From positions 102,610,001 to 102,674,000 of the forward strand of contig OZ287751.1 in the NCBI GenBank assembly GCA_965649765.1: a stretch of 64,000 bases of DNA, written 5' to 3'. Position numbers and translations under genes: made by a program. The notes under the pieces are model-generated. The model was not told the origin of the DNA. It did not search any database and worked only from the letters and a program-made list of their open reading frames with translations. Shown here in pieces: positions 26,333-40,700 of the stretch. How positions within the stretch are numbered: position 1 is the first letter of the stretch; every line of letters begins with the position of its first letter. Origin of the DNA: Bispira polyomma. Lineage: Eukaryota.

Positions 26333-27379
26333 TTATTGTATCCACCAATCAAGTGGAAACTTTGGTTTAGTGTTGGCTAAGCCGCCGCCGTAAGGAGATT
26401 TTTGTCGTTAACACTCTCAACAGAAAAATTGGCCAGCTAGCTTCATCAAATTTGCAGGATATCTTCATTGGGAGGTAAGCTCCTCTGAAATTAGCCTCAT
26501 TCTGAAAAACAAGATGGCCGCCATCAGCATTTCTTTGAAAATTATCCACCTTTTTCTACTGGCTCGTTTTCGTAACTAGAAGGTTAAATTTCTTCATAGG
26601 TGTTATGTATAACAGATATATATGTCCTCTATAAGCATGCAGACATTTGATCCTGAAGCTCTTCATTGAAGATCATCCAGAGAGGGCTAAAGTACCCCCT
26701 CATAGCGAACTTGAAAAGTGCCTATATTTCTCTTATTATTGGTCCTAGGGGTTTGGTATGTGAAGCCTACCTATAGGAAATCATGGGCTAGGAATCTTCT
26801 GATGTGGTCAGGTTTGACCTTGGGCCCCTCATTCAAGGTCAAACAAGGTATTCAAACTTCAAAGTGCTTATAACTCGCTTATCATTGCTCCTAGAGGTTT
26901 GGCATGTAAAGCCTACCTATTGGAAATCATGGGCTGGGAATCTTCTGATGTGGAAAGATTTGACCTTGGGCTTCTCCATCAAGGTCAGATGAGGTAGTTA
27001 AACTTAAAAGTGCTTATAACTCGCTTATTATTGGTCCTACAGTTTTGAGATGTAAAATCAACCTACAGGAAATCATGGGCTGGGAGTATTCTGATGTGTT
27101 CAGGTTTGACCTTGGGCCCCTCCTTCAAGGTCAAATGACAATAGCCAAAATTAAAAGTGCTTATAACTCGCTTATTATTGGTCCTACAGGTTTTCAATAT
27201 GAAACCAACTTATAAGTAATCATAGGCTGAGAATCTTTTGATGTGGTCAGGTTTGACCTTGGGCACCTCCTTCAAAGTCAAACAAGGGTAGCCATAGCTT
27301 GAGTGCTTCCTACCTAGGGTGCTCTGTCCTTCTGGTGGATACAAATATGCATCGGTTTTCCAATGTGCTAAGTCTAGTT
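26333..27379 (+). mobile_element. Non-autonomous Helentron-associated (HINE/DINE-1-like) element with internal ~146-bp tandem repeats
   Basis: Perfect 12-bp subterminal inverted repeat TTGTATCCACCA (26336-26347) / TGGTGGATACAA (27333-27344). 3' hairpin gcatcgg-tttt-ccaatgt, then ctagtt. Internal ttgaccttg..caaggtca repeats at ~26812, 26958, 27103, 27250. Absent from the paralogous intron. Confidence 0.7.
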
Positions 27380-30300
27380 TACAGGTGCCTCTACAGCATT
27401 CTGCTATAAGCCACCTTGTTATATTTTGTGTTGCCGCAATCATTCTTCCTTAGTTTGTTTTTCTATATTAAGTTTAATAGATATTTGATCAATGAAAAAT
27501 GGTGATCCCAAACAAAAATTATTGTGAAATTATATTGTGCCTATGTATACATTAAAACATGTCCGAAAGTAGATTGGTAAATATTTAGAAAATTATACAC
27601 TACTGATTAAATACTTTTTCCTCTAAGTGGTTGCGAAATCACCTGCAATTTAAGTGCTATATATATATATATTTCTACCTCTCTACATTTAAATGTAAAA
27701 TATGTTTACTGTATATACATTGCCTACTTCTCTGAACAGTGATTGGCTGAAAATGAAGTTACATGATATCCTGTTCTTTTTCAGATGACTCTGACACCAG
27801 TTTCAGGTTTAACCTAAGTGTTTCTGCCACATCTGCCTCACAGACGACTATCAATCTAAAAACCTGATCTAATTCTAGGATGTACTCAGCAAAGCTGGTC
27901 TGGTTAGCTTGTGCTTAAAAAAGTCAAATGCTACTGAGTAGTAAAAACAGACAAGCATTTGAGTAAAAAATGAAGTAAATTACTATATAAAGTTTAGTTA
28001 AAATATGTTTAGAATTGTTTATATATCTGTTAGATTTTAGTGTCATCATCCCTATAATTGGTTCTAGAAGTGTCTGTTGCTGAATAAAGTTTTATGGAGG
28101 AATGTTCTTGTTTTTGTATTGGTGTACACCATAAAAGACATTTTAAAATTTTAAGGGGAGACATATGTTATATTGGAGTAACTACTCTATTTATACACTT
28201 ACCATTATTGGTAATCAATCCACTACAGTGGAACTCACATTGACCTGTCACTAGCTTTACACTATATTTTATAATCCGAAAAGTCAGTCAACAGATAAAA
28301 GTTTTAGGCTAACTATTAAGCCTGCAAATTCAAAAAATATTTTTTGATTTCGCATCTTCTGGCAAATGCTTTGGTTAGCAACCATCTGTAATACTGCAAC
28401 TCTGTGTTGTATGAAGTTAGGCTTATTGTGTAATGCTTCAAGTTGCTCTGTTGTACTGTCTATCAGTTGGACCAAGTAGAGTATCAGCACATCTTAAATA
28501 ACATATCTGGTTATCCACAGAACAATTTAAGGTGATCAATCGTAATCAGTTCTGTTAGCTTTTCTTTCTCAACAGGACTAGCATCCATGTAAGTGGTATT
28601 ACGTTGCCAGTCTGTAATTCCCACCAACAACGTAGATTCATAGATGTGGCATTGTCACTGTTTCAGTTAAATAAAATAAACACTCAGCAGATGTTAGATT
28701 ACAGAATGTCGTAAAGTGTTTTAGAAGTTTGTTGAAAACCTACATTTTTAGGCTTCCTTAATCTTAACTATAACTATTTTATCTGGACCATCTCTGCTTT
28801 GGCAATGACTTTTTATGGATAATGGACTATCCCTTTTGTAGACCTGTTTCATCAAGTTGGGGCTTTGAAGATACTTAAATTAAATTAAATGGACATCTTG
28901 TATCAGAAGCTTTACTCAAATGTTGTACAAAATATTTCTGTTCATTCTCTCTTTAATTTAGTATAAACTTCGTTCATTTTGTTTTTAAGTATTATTTCCC
29001 TAGCTACAGACTTGTCAGGTTATCTGTTATGGGTTAGTGTCACTCTGCATATGTGGTAGACTAGGACAAGACAGAACTTGAAGATATAGACCCATGTAGA
29101 TAGAATATGTGATTACCATTATGACAAGTGCTGTAGAGCGACAGTGTGCACAAGAGAAATTGACACATCACATACAGCACTAGTTTATTCTGGCACCAAA
29201 CCCTTGCATTATGTAACACAAACGCCTCATTAGAAACTTGGATAGACTTATTTCCCTTCCTCGAGAGTATAGACTGGAGCTCAATTTTTCAATTGGCAAA
29301 TAATGTCACCTCTGAATGCAATTTACAAACATTACAGTTCAAAATGTTGAACAGATTATTAAACTGTAACTATAATACAAATGGAGCATAAGAGAGAATA
29401 CCCTAAGTAAATTTTGTAATGGAAATAACATTGATACTTTAGAGCATCACCAGATCTATTGCAACTTAACTGTAAACTTTTTGCCAAACATTAAAACCCT
29501 ATTAGCGCAACGTCCTTCAGTAGATTTAAACACATGTGAAGTGCTTTTTGGTTTACCATGTCACAACAACATAGTATTGTTAGTAGTACTGTTTTATCTT
29601 TGAGTTTGTCTGTCTTTGTCCTTTTGTGAAGCTTTTGCATGATGTTTATAATGTGTCTTTGTGTACTCATATATATTTATGCGTATATATAGATGCAAAC
29701 ACAAATAAAATTTAAAAAAAAAGAAAAAAATAAGGTCCATTAATCTGATACCCTCATAAATCACACACATTTGAGAAAGATATTTGATAAAAGTTCCCAT
29801 TTTAAAGTAATGACAACTAATCGATTAGACTGGTATATTATGACAAATATTCAAAAAGATGTTACAGTACATCATCAAGTCCTTGGCTGGCAAAAGAAAC
29901 AGGTTCTGGCTGGCATGTGTTAAAACCAAAGTGGAACAGTGTCTATTGTATTTGTAGTTTCTGAGATTAGTTGTAAATGAAAATCAAGCAAAATTAACTC
30001 TCAAGACATGATTTCACATTGCAAGGGCATCACACAAAAAGGTTTTTACCTTGCTTTTTGGAACCATCTATTGTATGTACTATTAGGCATCTATACCGTA
30101 TCTATGACTCACATATGTATGCTGAAATCCATACAAAATAAAAACACTAAAACTATACAGCTTCTTAAAAATGGCATAAGCAGCCAAACCTATATTGAAC
30201 CAAGTTTGTTTAACAGTAATGTCTAAATAGTTTATTGCAAATGCAAGAAAGAGACTTGTTCAAATTTTAGATACTGCGTTGAAGGTTGTCAAATGAAATT

Positions 30301-30599
30301 TTGAAGCTGGTGATATAGGTTCTTTTGATCAACACCTGTATTTATGCCCTTCACCAGTGATAATCACAAACACAGCCACATGGAATTTAGTGTGCTAGAG
30401 TTATCTTTTTTTTATTAAAATCATAATTTACTCTTACATACACAAGTACATTTTGTGATACACCCTTATGACGTCACACAGATCAACACACATCATACAA
30501 TAATATGATGTCACAAATTGGTTACTAACCTAACCAATTTTTTGATGACAACGAAATTGGTATGACACAAATGATACAATCTTCAGCTAAAATGTGGGA

Positions 30600-31870
30600 T
30601 ATGTAATTCTGCTTACAAGAAATAATAGCAGTTAATGCAACTATTCTTGATAATCACGCTCCTTGGATCTCTAAAACCCATTCCCCCCACAAACTCCTAT
30701 AAATGGACCAATACTGCCATCACAGAGGCCAAAAGAAGCAAATGCCAATTCGAGCGTCAATGGCAGTGTACCAAATGCTTGTTTGATAGAAGCCACAAAC
30801 AACTTCAACAGGTTGACATCTATTATTATTATTATTATTAATAATTTTTAACACACTTTATTGAAGCTAGGCATCTTTTAAAACACAACAGCAGAATCAT
30901 TGATCCAATAGTAAAGCCCATGGGCATAGCAAAGTCGTAAGGAAAGAAGTGCGAGTGTGTACGAGGGAAGCTAAGGTTGGTAGGCACCGTTAAAAAGATA
31001 GATTTTAAGCTTTTTCCTAAAACCAATAAGTGTATCAACTGATCTGAGGTTAACTGGGAGTTTGTTTCATAAAAAAGGAGCTGCAATGGAGAATGCTCTA
31101 GATTCTGCCTTCCTGATGGGTCTGACTGAAGAAACAGAGAGTCTGTTGCCTTTCTTACGGTTACTGAAGGAGAGAAGGGAAGCAAGGTATAAGGCCTGTT
31201 GAGTGACCACAGTCTTAAAAGTGGTAACATAAATCTTGAACAAAATACGAGAGTGAATGGGCAGCCAGTGTAATTTTTTGAGGTAAGGAGTGACATCTGT
31301 GCGACGACTGATACCCTGGTTTTTGTCATTTTTAGAAGGTAGTATGTCTTTTCCCAGAAGGGAGAGGACAACGATTTAAAGATTTCACTGTTTTTCTTTG
31401 TTTAGTTTTAGTTTGGAGTAGTTCATTCGCGTCTGGACATCGGACAGACAGTCTGCAAGTAGGTCAATATTTATTTTGCGTTTTGAGGGTTGAGAGAGAT
31501 AGACTTGAGTGTCATCTGCATACATGTGATGTTTTATATTATTATTATTGATGACAGTGCTAAGAGGATGTGTATGAAGGGCGAAAAGTAAAGGGCCAAG
31601 GACGGATCCCTGGGGTACTCCGTATGGTAAGTTTATGGAAGAAGATAGGTGATCATCTAATTTAATTTTGTTGTGCTCTAAAAGTAGGGCAGGATCTGAT
31701 CCATTTAACGACACTGCTTTAGAGTGTCGCAGAGCAAGCCATGATCAATAGTGTCGTATGCTGCTGAAAGATCCAGAAGGGTGAAGGCCACTGTTGCGGT
31801 CCAGTACAAGATTGATATTATTGCTGATAGAAAAAAGGGTACTTTCTGTGGAGTGGAATTTTCTGTAAAC
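30600..31870. mobile_element. L2 LINE with its 5' part on + (30600-30820) and its 3' part with (TAA)n tail inverted on - (31870-30821)
   Basis: Minus strand reads YRKFHSTEST..YGVPQGSVLGPLLFALH..YADDTQVY..LKLNKEK, with the tail at 30821-30845. The plus-strand part matches 7640-7940. Confidence 0.8.
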
Positions 31871-34800
31871 ATTTATATATCCTTTTAACAGGTGACCCAT
31901 AGAAGCCAGACCACCAAACACCAGATTTACCAAGGAGTTGGCTGTAGGGCTAGCCTGAAGCAGTCAGCAACCTGGAAACTAGCCCGTGCAGAATCTGTAA
32001 TATATCTCCAAACGCATTCCGACGTTCAGGTACCATGATGCTGGATATCCTGAATATTTACATTATTATTAAAAGCAAAAGTGGCGCCTGAAAGCCGGAA
32101 TGTGTAAAAGGTGAGACTTGGAGCTGCAGGACATTATGCAAGTGACGCCGAACCCTAGTGTCTGTCAAGGGCACCTAGGAACCACCTAATTTGTACTGAA
32201 ACAGAGATGCAACAGGGCCAGAGGGGGAGAGGGCCAGGGAATTCTTCAAGGCTGCTACAGGACACAGGCTGGAATTATGCAGTACAGGAATATTTAACAG
32301 TTTAATCTGATTATTTGTCTGCAAGGTCTTAGACCATAAATATAGCCAGGTTTAAACAACCTCGGGCCAGGTGCTTTAAAGGAGAATAAGCCGGTACAGA
32401 GTGGGACATAAGTTTGAAAGCCTTAAGAAACTGAAAAAACTGTTAAGATAGACAGCCTTAAATATCTGGCCCGTTTAAGTATTATCACACTTAGCCACTA
32501 AAGCAGCTAATAAAAGGGATATCAAACAGTGTTTTGAGCTTTACATGGATAGGTCTAATGATAGCCAAAGCTCTACTATAATTAGATATGCATGGATCTG
32601 CAAAGCAGTCCACGTTGACATTGAAAAGAATGCATTTAGCTTTAATTGCTGAGAGGTAATTTGCTATCTGAGAAGCTGACACATGATTGAAGTTCAGCAG
32701 GGAGTCCGGTGGATGCACACAGCACATTATATAACAAGGCAACATTTTATATTGTCTGGTCAATTTCCAGTAATGTGACATCAGCTTTAAGCCAATTAAC
32801 AGGGCCCACCCACTGGGCAAGTAGATCCTCATTATTACTAGTTTTATCCCAGCGAGAAAACAGGTTTGCGGCCTTGTTCTTTACACCGAATATATGAATT
32901 ACTCTGATATCTATGTTAATCATCTCAAGGGAGGCAATGTTATCACTAATCATAGATTGAGGTATGGCTAGTTTATACACTTTATAAAAAAATGCCCCCC
33001 ATACCGATTAGACAAGAATCAAACTCCACTTGAGCATGGGTAGCTTTATGTGAAAAGAAACAGACACCATTTAATTGTCTCATAAACGTTCTGAACCAGT
33101 TTAAGTCACGCCTAAAGTCTTCAGTGATTCAAAACCGACTTCTGCTATAATTATCTCTAAGTAACTGTAACATGCGGTTGAGAAAACTCGTGCATACTTT
33201 ATGTATTTTGCTACATACAAAAGTGATCCCAACAGGGATTGGAGTTCCTTTTTGGTACAAAACTGTTGGTCTTACCAAGTAGTATTCCCAGGCATATTAC
33301 ATACGGGTTCGGAGCCACTAACTTTTTCTGACTGCCGTTTGATAACCGAACGGCAGGCACGACATAAAATTGTTTCCATCTTAAACCTAGCAAATTGATG
33401 TCACCTGGATCAATAGGGACGTGCCTGAAGGCCCTGCTCACGTCCACTTTAAATAGGTGGCACCCTCTACCCAATTTATTTACTTCACTGCTATCAATGG
33501 AAGAATAAGACAAGATAAATTCAGTTACAAGATAAGAATTAGCTGACACACCCACGTTTACTGACTGACCATGTGACCAACTTAGATCAATTATTACCCT
33601 TCCATTTGCTAAACTAGACTTCTCACGCGTCATCGTGAGAGGGAACAAATTGGGGGTTCATCGAAAGGCCCTAATATCTCCTTAAATTTACATTCCTCGT
33701 TGAAGTATGTTTTCACATGTTTAAGAAAACTTTCAGCTGAACTATGGTTTGAGTTGACAGACTGCCTAATTTTGTCTCAGTTTTTTGTATTCTTTTTGCT
33801 ACAAGTACTGGTCTTATGTGTTCCTCCACAAGTTTCACAGATTTGTTTGAAGTAGGTACTGCCTGTCTTTTTTACATGAGCCGTCCTCGAAAAACTTGCA
33901 GTTAGCAGTAGATTGTTTGCCTGATGCACTAGTCTTATTTGACCCACAGCTAACACAACTAGAACTATTACTAACAATATGTCGCTGGGCATGCGCCCTC
34001 GGAACCTATTCAATTTTTGAACATCAGACCACTTGACCTTATCCATTTCCATGTGTGTGAGCACCAAGGCATGAAACACCTTAGCCGCTTCCTAAGAAAA
34101 GTCCTCGGTGTCCTCCATTAAATTGGCCATATAATCAAGCATTATCTCTCTGATTTTGTAAAACTTTTCTTCTTGAATTATTCGGGTGAACCCACACACC
34201 CACTGATTCAATGACAAGTAATCATATGTGGGCCTGGATTGAAAACTGCCCGTTAAAACATGGTTTTGGGGCCATTCTACCACACGCTTGACTAGGACGT
34301 CAATGCCCCCCCCCCTTTTAAGATTTCAATTTGTATTTTTGTTTAGCTGTTTGAGTTCAGCTAGCTTTATTTCTTATGGCTTATTTCTACTTGTCTCTGA
34401 ATCTAAGTGTTTTTACGTAAATATCAACACCGGGGATAATACTATCAGCGGCCACTGCTTCACTACTATCACTGTTCACAAAACTATCAGCGACAATAAA
34501 ATTTAAAGTACTATTAGCCTGCTGTTTGTCTGCTCTCAACGCCGCCTCCATCTGCTGGAATCTTTGATCCATCTGCTCCATAATTTGTGCCATTGATTGA
34601 AGTTGCAAAAGTATTTGACCAGAAACAACATTAGATCCAAATCTGAAGCAGTTGAAGTGGATGAATACAAGCAGCCCCAACAGGCTTTTCATGCTTCCCT
34701 TGCTACTTGGAGCAGTTAAATACTGTAGGCATTGTAACATTTACCATATAAAATGAACTAAAAACCCTAAAAGCAGTAAAAATTTTCAAACATAAACTCG

Positions 34801-34940
34801 AATTTCCATGATGTCACTTTCAAAGTTGTTCTGTGAACACTATTGTTATAAATGGCGGGACTTTTGAATGAGGCTGCCTTGTATACAGTCCGCAATGAGT
34901 GAAGCATTGAGAACAAGACTGGTACCCCAGAATTGAGAGA
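31870..34940 (-). mobile_element. DIRS/Ngaro-type retrotransposon 3 (duplicate of copy 2, 3' end lost)
   Basis: Close nucleotide match to 10445-14180. WPQNHV gag, GRVIIDLSW and FKVDVSRAFRH RT, YR remnants. gag ends ACA AAA AAC TGA (33788-33777). Confidence 0.88.
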
Positions 34941-35311
34941 GCCAGTGGTGGGGCTCTGCCTTACATTCTCTCCTGAATTGGGTGAAGCATTGTTTCTCTG
35001 ACTCCAGAGCCAACCAGTTCAGGAAAGCACATCTTGGTCACTCTGTCTATGTCTTGCTGGCCACCTTCTAAAAGCCTGTGATACTTTCCTACATGTGACC
35101 AGTTCTGTCTCTCAGCTCTGTGAAAAGTTCAGCATCTGGGGCAGGGGATAATGCTCCATATGTGGAAGACTGCTTAGAAAGTCTGCCAGGCAAAGCGATG
35201 GTGATGGAAGATTCCATCTTGACATCTTGGTAAGTTTCTAACTGAGATCCACCTTGTATAATTGATGCTGATCCAGCTGATGGGATGGGCATGAACTAAG
35301 CCGTCTTAGAA

Positions 35312-36511
35312 GCATGATGGATGCTATGTGGCATTACATATCTTTATCTAAAGGTGAACCCACGGCATTAGTCTTCCTTGATCTGTTGGCTGCCTTTGAT
35401 ACAATTGATCACAGCACACTTCTTGACTGTTTGTCATCGTGTTTTCCAAGGCACTGTTTTGAAATGGGTTACTTCATATTTCTCAAATCGATACCAAGCA
35501 GTTAAAATAGGTTGTGCCCTGTTAGACTTGCTTAAGTTAGAGTTTGGTGTACCTCAGATCTCAGTTTTGGGTACAATTCTATTTTCTTTATACACAGCAC
35601 CACTTAGTCGTGTCATTGACAAGTACAAATCAATTAAATATAATTTCTATGCTGATGATACACAACTTTATGTTCATTTATTGAAATGCAAATTTATTGA
35701 AATGCAATTTCTGCATTTAACATCCTCTAAAGCTGCCTTGACGATGTTCACAATTGGATGTTTGATAATTAATTGAAACTTAACCAGGCTAAAACATAAT
35801 TCATTATTTTTGGATACAAATCAATTGACAGTTTCGGTGATAATTTCCCAGTCAATAGTCTGGGAAACATGTTGCACCCTGTTAATATTGGAAAAAACCT
35901 GGGTGTCACCTTTAACTCCGATGTTTCATTTACTAAACATGTTCAATCTGTTTGAAGGGCTTCTTTTATCCAGTTGAGAGATCTGAGACGGTACCTGTCT
36001 ATCTGCACTGCTACTATGGTGGCAAATGCCCTAGTCAGCAAGTCACCTTGATTACTGCCACTCTCTTTTCAGACCTTAGTCTATAAATATCTCAATTCAG
36101 GTTTTCCTTGGTATTTAAGTCCGTACTTTTGTCCGTATATAAATGTCAACGCAATACAAGGTGTAGTAGTCTTGAAAATGCTTTCTTAAGTGTCCCTACC
36201 TTTGTACGATCAGTTCACAAATCAAAAAAATATTTTAACAATAGTTTATCATGTGATGCTCCTAAGCTGTGGAATGATCTGCCTCATGATATTCGCACTG
36301 CTTTATCACTTGCCTCTTGTAGGAAAAAGCTCAAAACCTACCTATTCAGCAAGGCTTTTCCACCTTAGCCTCCTAACATTTTTCTGACATCTCCATGGTA
36401 ATGACCCCTGCAAATCAAATGACTATATGAAATTGTCAAAATGATTTCCTGTCTCATGCGCCTTAGAATCCGCAAGCACAGAGATAAGCACTATAAAAAT
36501 TGATTAGATTA
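35312..36511 (+). mobile_element. L2 LINE (duplicate of 14545-15670) inside the duplicated Harbinger/MADF remnant (34940-37070)
   Basis: FGVPQISVLGTILFSLY..YADDTQLY..APKLWNDLP..KKLKTYLFSKAFPP*. Confidence 0.85.
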
Positions 36512-38550
36512 TGTGGCCTCTAAAAGCCAAATGTCACTTTCACCTATCTCTGCCTTTCGGTCATATCAGGAGAAGTTTAGTCAAACTTCTGAAGACCCAG
36601 TTTCTCATAAATGGTACGCTGTAAGTAGAACCACTTCTTAACCCCATCAGCATCTAAGCATATCTTTCTTCTGTGTGTCTTTGTACAAAGGGTTTCTGTT
36701 ATTGTAGAACCACCCTGTGATCTTTCAAAAAGTCCATCACAGCCCTCTCTTGCTCGTCCGTAAGTAAAACTGTCCTCATTGCAATTTTAATTTATTATTT
36801 TGAAATACCATGTGTCATGGATTAATTTTCAAGCAATTAGGCCCTGGGAGGGGCCGACTAAAAAAATAAGTCGTTAGATGGCAAAATAAATCATTGGAAG
36901 AATACGAGTGACCCTAAGGGACCATGACTTATTGGCCGATGGTCACCCACATGCTTAAAAACCTTGCCGAAGGACCCTGAGTTGCCGAAGGACCCTGAGT
37001 GTCCCTAGTACCAAAAATTAGCCATACAACCTCAACAACCTCCACGATTATGTCCCCGAGTGTGGTCCAAACGCATTGTCGTAACGTAAAATATTTACCG
37101 ATATATCTACCATACCAAGTTAAACCATTAATTAAGTTTATGCTAAGCTTGATTTATGTTTACCTTAAATAAAGTTAAGTTTAAGTTAATGTTAAAACTA
37201 TATTGAGTTTGAAGTTAAATTAAAATATTTTGAAAGAGCACCTTACGGTGCCTTCGCCTTTAAGAATTTAGTAACCGTTCAGATGGTGTTAACCGTTGGT
37301 TTAGCTAGTTCTAAAGGTTGAAATGTAATATAGTTACCGTTCAGATGGTGTTAACCGATGGTTTAGCTAGTTCTGATGATTTATTTTGTCATTATTTCAA
37401 GCATCAACATCATAATAATACTTTAGAATTTATACTTTAGTAGATTTTGTCCTTAAAAAGTATGTCCTAGATCATATTTGAGACAAAGCCTTGGGTTGAG
37501 CTGTAGTGTGTTATTAATGTAGGGCAGGAAGAAGCACTAAATGACAGTACACAGACTTTGCAATTATTTCAGATTTATAGTTGAGGCATTTTATTTTTAT
37601 CTATCTTTATCTGATATCAAAGGTGTTGATCAACCTTTTTTCTATTTCTCAAGTACAGTCAACTAGCACCAGTAACTGTCATTGAGGCTTGAAGATATGA
37701 CACTATTTATCCAGATCCCACACATTCTATAACCTGCCACTGGGCAAGGGTAGCCATGACCGAGGACTGCCATTTTTAGTGGTAATCAGAGCCAGTATGT
37801 ATCTGCCCATACCTAAAATACCCTGGTCGGGTCAAACCCAGGTTATATGCATTAGTAAACCAGTTTGTTAGTCCACTAGGCCACAGTGAGAGAAAACATG
37901 TCCATATTGTGAGCCCAATTTGTAGATGTGTGGGACACCTGGAGTTCAGTTGGTGGAGTGCTAACATAACATATATATCTGTAATCTGAACCGGAAATGT
38001 ACTATATTCTGTCTTTCAATGTAAATGTAAGTTGATTGTGGGCCTTTGTGTGTAACATCTGGAGTTGATAGGATGTGCTTTGGTACCAGTGTCAATAAGA
38101 GGGAAAGTGGCCATATACTGTATGTGTGAAACATAAACGTCTGTAGACCAAATACAGAGTCAAAGTGACGTTGTGTAGATGATGCACTGACAACATAAGG
38201 ATTCGTAGTATAGATAATAAGTAATGTATCAAATGGCTGAGCAGTTAGCTATGTACAATTATTGTAAAGGTAACTACTTAATGTATTACAATGACTGGTA
38301 CTCACATTGACTCCCCGAGGTTCTCATTGTAGCCTTGTCAATGACCATCGAGGTAGTAACATTTAAAACTTCTAGGGCACATAATATGTCTATAGATCAT
38401 GACATTTAACACTTTTAACACCATCGATAGAACTTTCTTAAGTCTTCACTTTTTATTGTTTTACAATAAAACAGAATTATATTATTTTTAGTCACGCATA
38501 TATATTATTTACTTAAAAGGCTTTAATAACTAACTTGTACCACTAGGGCA

Positions 38551-38695
38551 GATAAGTACCACTGGGGCATATAAGTACCACTATCTGTCACATAAGTACC
38601 GCTATCTGTCACATAAGTACCACTATCTGTCACATAAGTACCACTATCTGTCACATAAGTACCACTATCTGTCACATAAGTACTGCTATCGGTCA
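38551..38695. repeat. 21-bp minisatellite, ~6 copies
   Basis: ataagtaccactatctgtcac repeated. Confidence 0.9.
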
Positions 38696-40273
38696 TCCCC
38701 CTAGCTGAAGACTGATGCTTGAGGATGACAATGTTGACCTGTAACTTGTAATAGGACCTAATGACAGAGGGCCGCCATTTTAACTGGTCAACATAGCCAG
38801 TATGCATGTGCCTATGTATGTGACATCTAGGTTAGGATCAAACCCAGGTCTATGCATTCCCAAACAAGTTTGTCAACCCAATAGGTCACAGTGACAGAAA
38901 AAATCTCCATATTGTGCACACAATTTTCAGATGCATAGGACATCTAGAGTTTATTTGGTGGAATGATGACATTTATCTCTGTGATGTGGACCAGCAACTG
39001 AATGACTTCTTCCCATTTCCTTTCAAATGTATGTTGATTATGAATTTTTGTGTGTAACTTATGTAGTTTAAGGGGTGTTCTTTTGTATAGATGTATACGC
39101 ATATAGTGAGGTTTATCTGAAGTTGGTCACAATACTAATTCAGTTACCTTTGACTTCCATTCTTGTTTTCCATTTTTATGAAGAGGATATTCCACAAAAT
39201 TTACGTAATATCCTTGTATTGGTACTCTATGTTGGTCCAACTATCATTTACAATTCAAAATCGATTGGATGTAAAAGATTAAAGTTTTTCGTATTAGTCT
39301 GACTCGTTTTGATATTTTCCTGTTTAAAACTTTAAATTCAAAATCAAGTATTTCAGATGCTGTATGTTGGTCCAACTATCATTTACAATTCAAACTAGAT
39401 TGGATGAGCTGACGAAAGATTTCCATATTAGTCAAATTTGTTTTGTTGTTTTTCTGTTTAAAATTTAAAATTAAAATCAAGGGTTTCTGATATATTTATT
39501 ACAGTGTAAAGTTACCCCAAAACACATGTCTTGCTAAATTTGGTTTGCTGAACTTTCTAGCTGTCTAATAGCAAACTTAAAAGCATAACCCTACATACTC
39601 AGGTGACTGGCTATCTGTCTATATGCATCCCATATGTTAGCTCTATGTGTGTTTACCTTAAAATATGTCAGACAGTGTGCCAACAAGTGGGGTTGTACCA
39701 CGAGAAAATGTCGTGGAGTGTGCCAACAAGTGGGTCAGTCTGTGTTGTATATTAACAGGGTATTTAGTCTGCTCAGACAACACTTGTCAAAGTAACCTCT
39801 GACATTCTACACAGAAATCCTGGGACGCCATGAAGTGGACATTGTGTTTGTTTGTTGTTACTGTGGCCGCAGTCACATCCCTGGATAGCAAGGGGGTTAA
39901 TGAGATAAAGTTTGATGCCTGGATGGAAATGATTAAAACCCAGGTCTGTAGTGTTTTTACCTATAAAAGGTGATGAATGGGTGTAACTGGTAAATAATCG
40001 GTGTTTATTAAACTTGTAAGCTTCTCACCATATATAATATAACCAGCTAGCTAATAAATGTAAAGTAGATTTGGTCTACGAGTTACAAGGATTGTACGTA
40101 TAACATAACTAAAAATAAAATTGGTAACACCAACAATATAGTAATTTGAGCTTTAAAAAATTTCCTGAAAAATATAAATGAATTATTAGTAATTCATTGA
40201 GCTGCAGGAAACAAATATTAACTCATAAAGCAGGGATATGTAGATATTACAGGACAAATGTAATGTATTTTCT

Positions 40274-40700
40274 GTGGTCTTTTCCCCCACTTTCATCTTC
40301 AGCTTCCCCTCCTCCATCCCTTGTGACATTAAAAAAAAACTGATTAATGAAGATGTTCTGAAAGTTATACCACATTCACCCACCAAGTCTTGTCTACTAG
40401 ACCCTTGGCCTACTTCACTTGTTAAGGAGTGCATTGAAATCCTTTTTCTGTCAATCACTAAGCAAGGTCTCCCTCCGTATTTCAGTCCTTACCTATTTCC
40501 TTCTACATGTCTACTCAATACAAGATGTAGTAGGCTTGATAGGGCATTGCTAAAGCTACTCCTGGCTACTATTTCCGTAGTCTCTACGGTCATGACCCCT
40601 GTATGTCCAATGACTATATGAAATGATAAAAACAATTTTTTGGTCTGATGTGCCTAGGATCCGCTATCACAAAGAGAAGCGCCATGAAAGTTAGATTAGG
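40274..40700 (+). mobile_element. Internally deleted L2 fragment
   Basis: SPTKSCLLDPWPTSLVKEC fused to an L2 3' end resembling 15290-15670. Confidence 0.7.

Larger units (their letters stand above)
24368..27918 (+). pseudogene. H-type lectin paralogue 1, pseudogene; remaining exons 24368-24414, 25640-25720, 26101-26244, 27785-27918
   Basis: Exons align to the intact copy. The 50-nt and 120-nt exons are missing, creating a phase 2/phase 1 mismatch. The conserved KTW Trp codon is TGA (27865-27867). Confidence 0.8.
6990..28970 (+). repeat. Tandem segmental duplication, unit A
   Basis: Collinear matches to unit B, e.g. 7079/29362 aactgtaactataatacaaatggagc, 10455/31884, 14545/35312, 17579/38171, 22426/39717, 25640/43153, 28817/48655. 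Confidence 0.85.

Noticed and set aside
27865-27867. In-frame TGA as selenocysteine or readthrough
   Set aside because: It replaces a conserved Trp (TGG in the paralogue), and this copy also lacks two exons.
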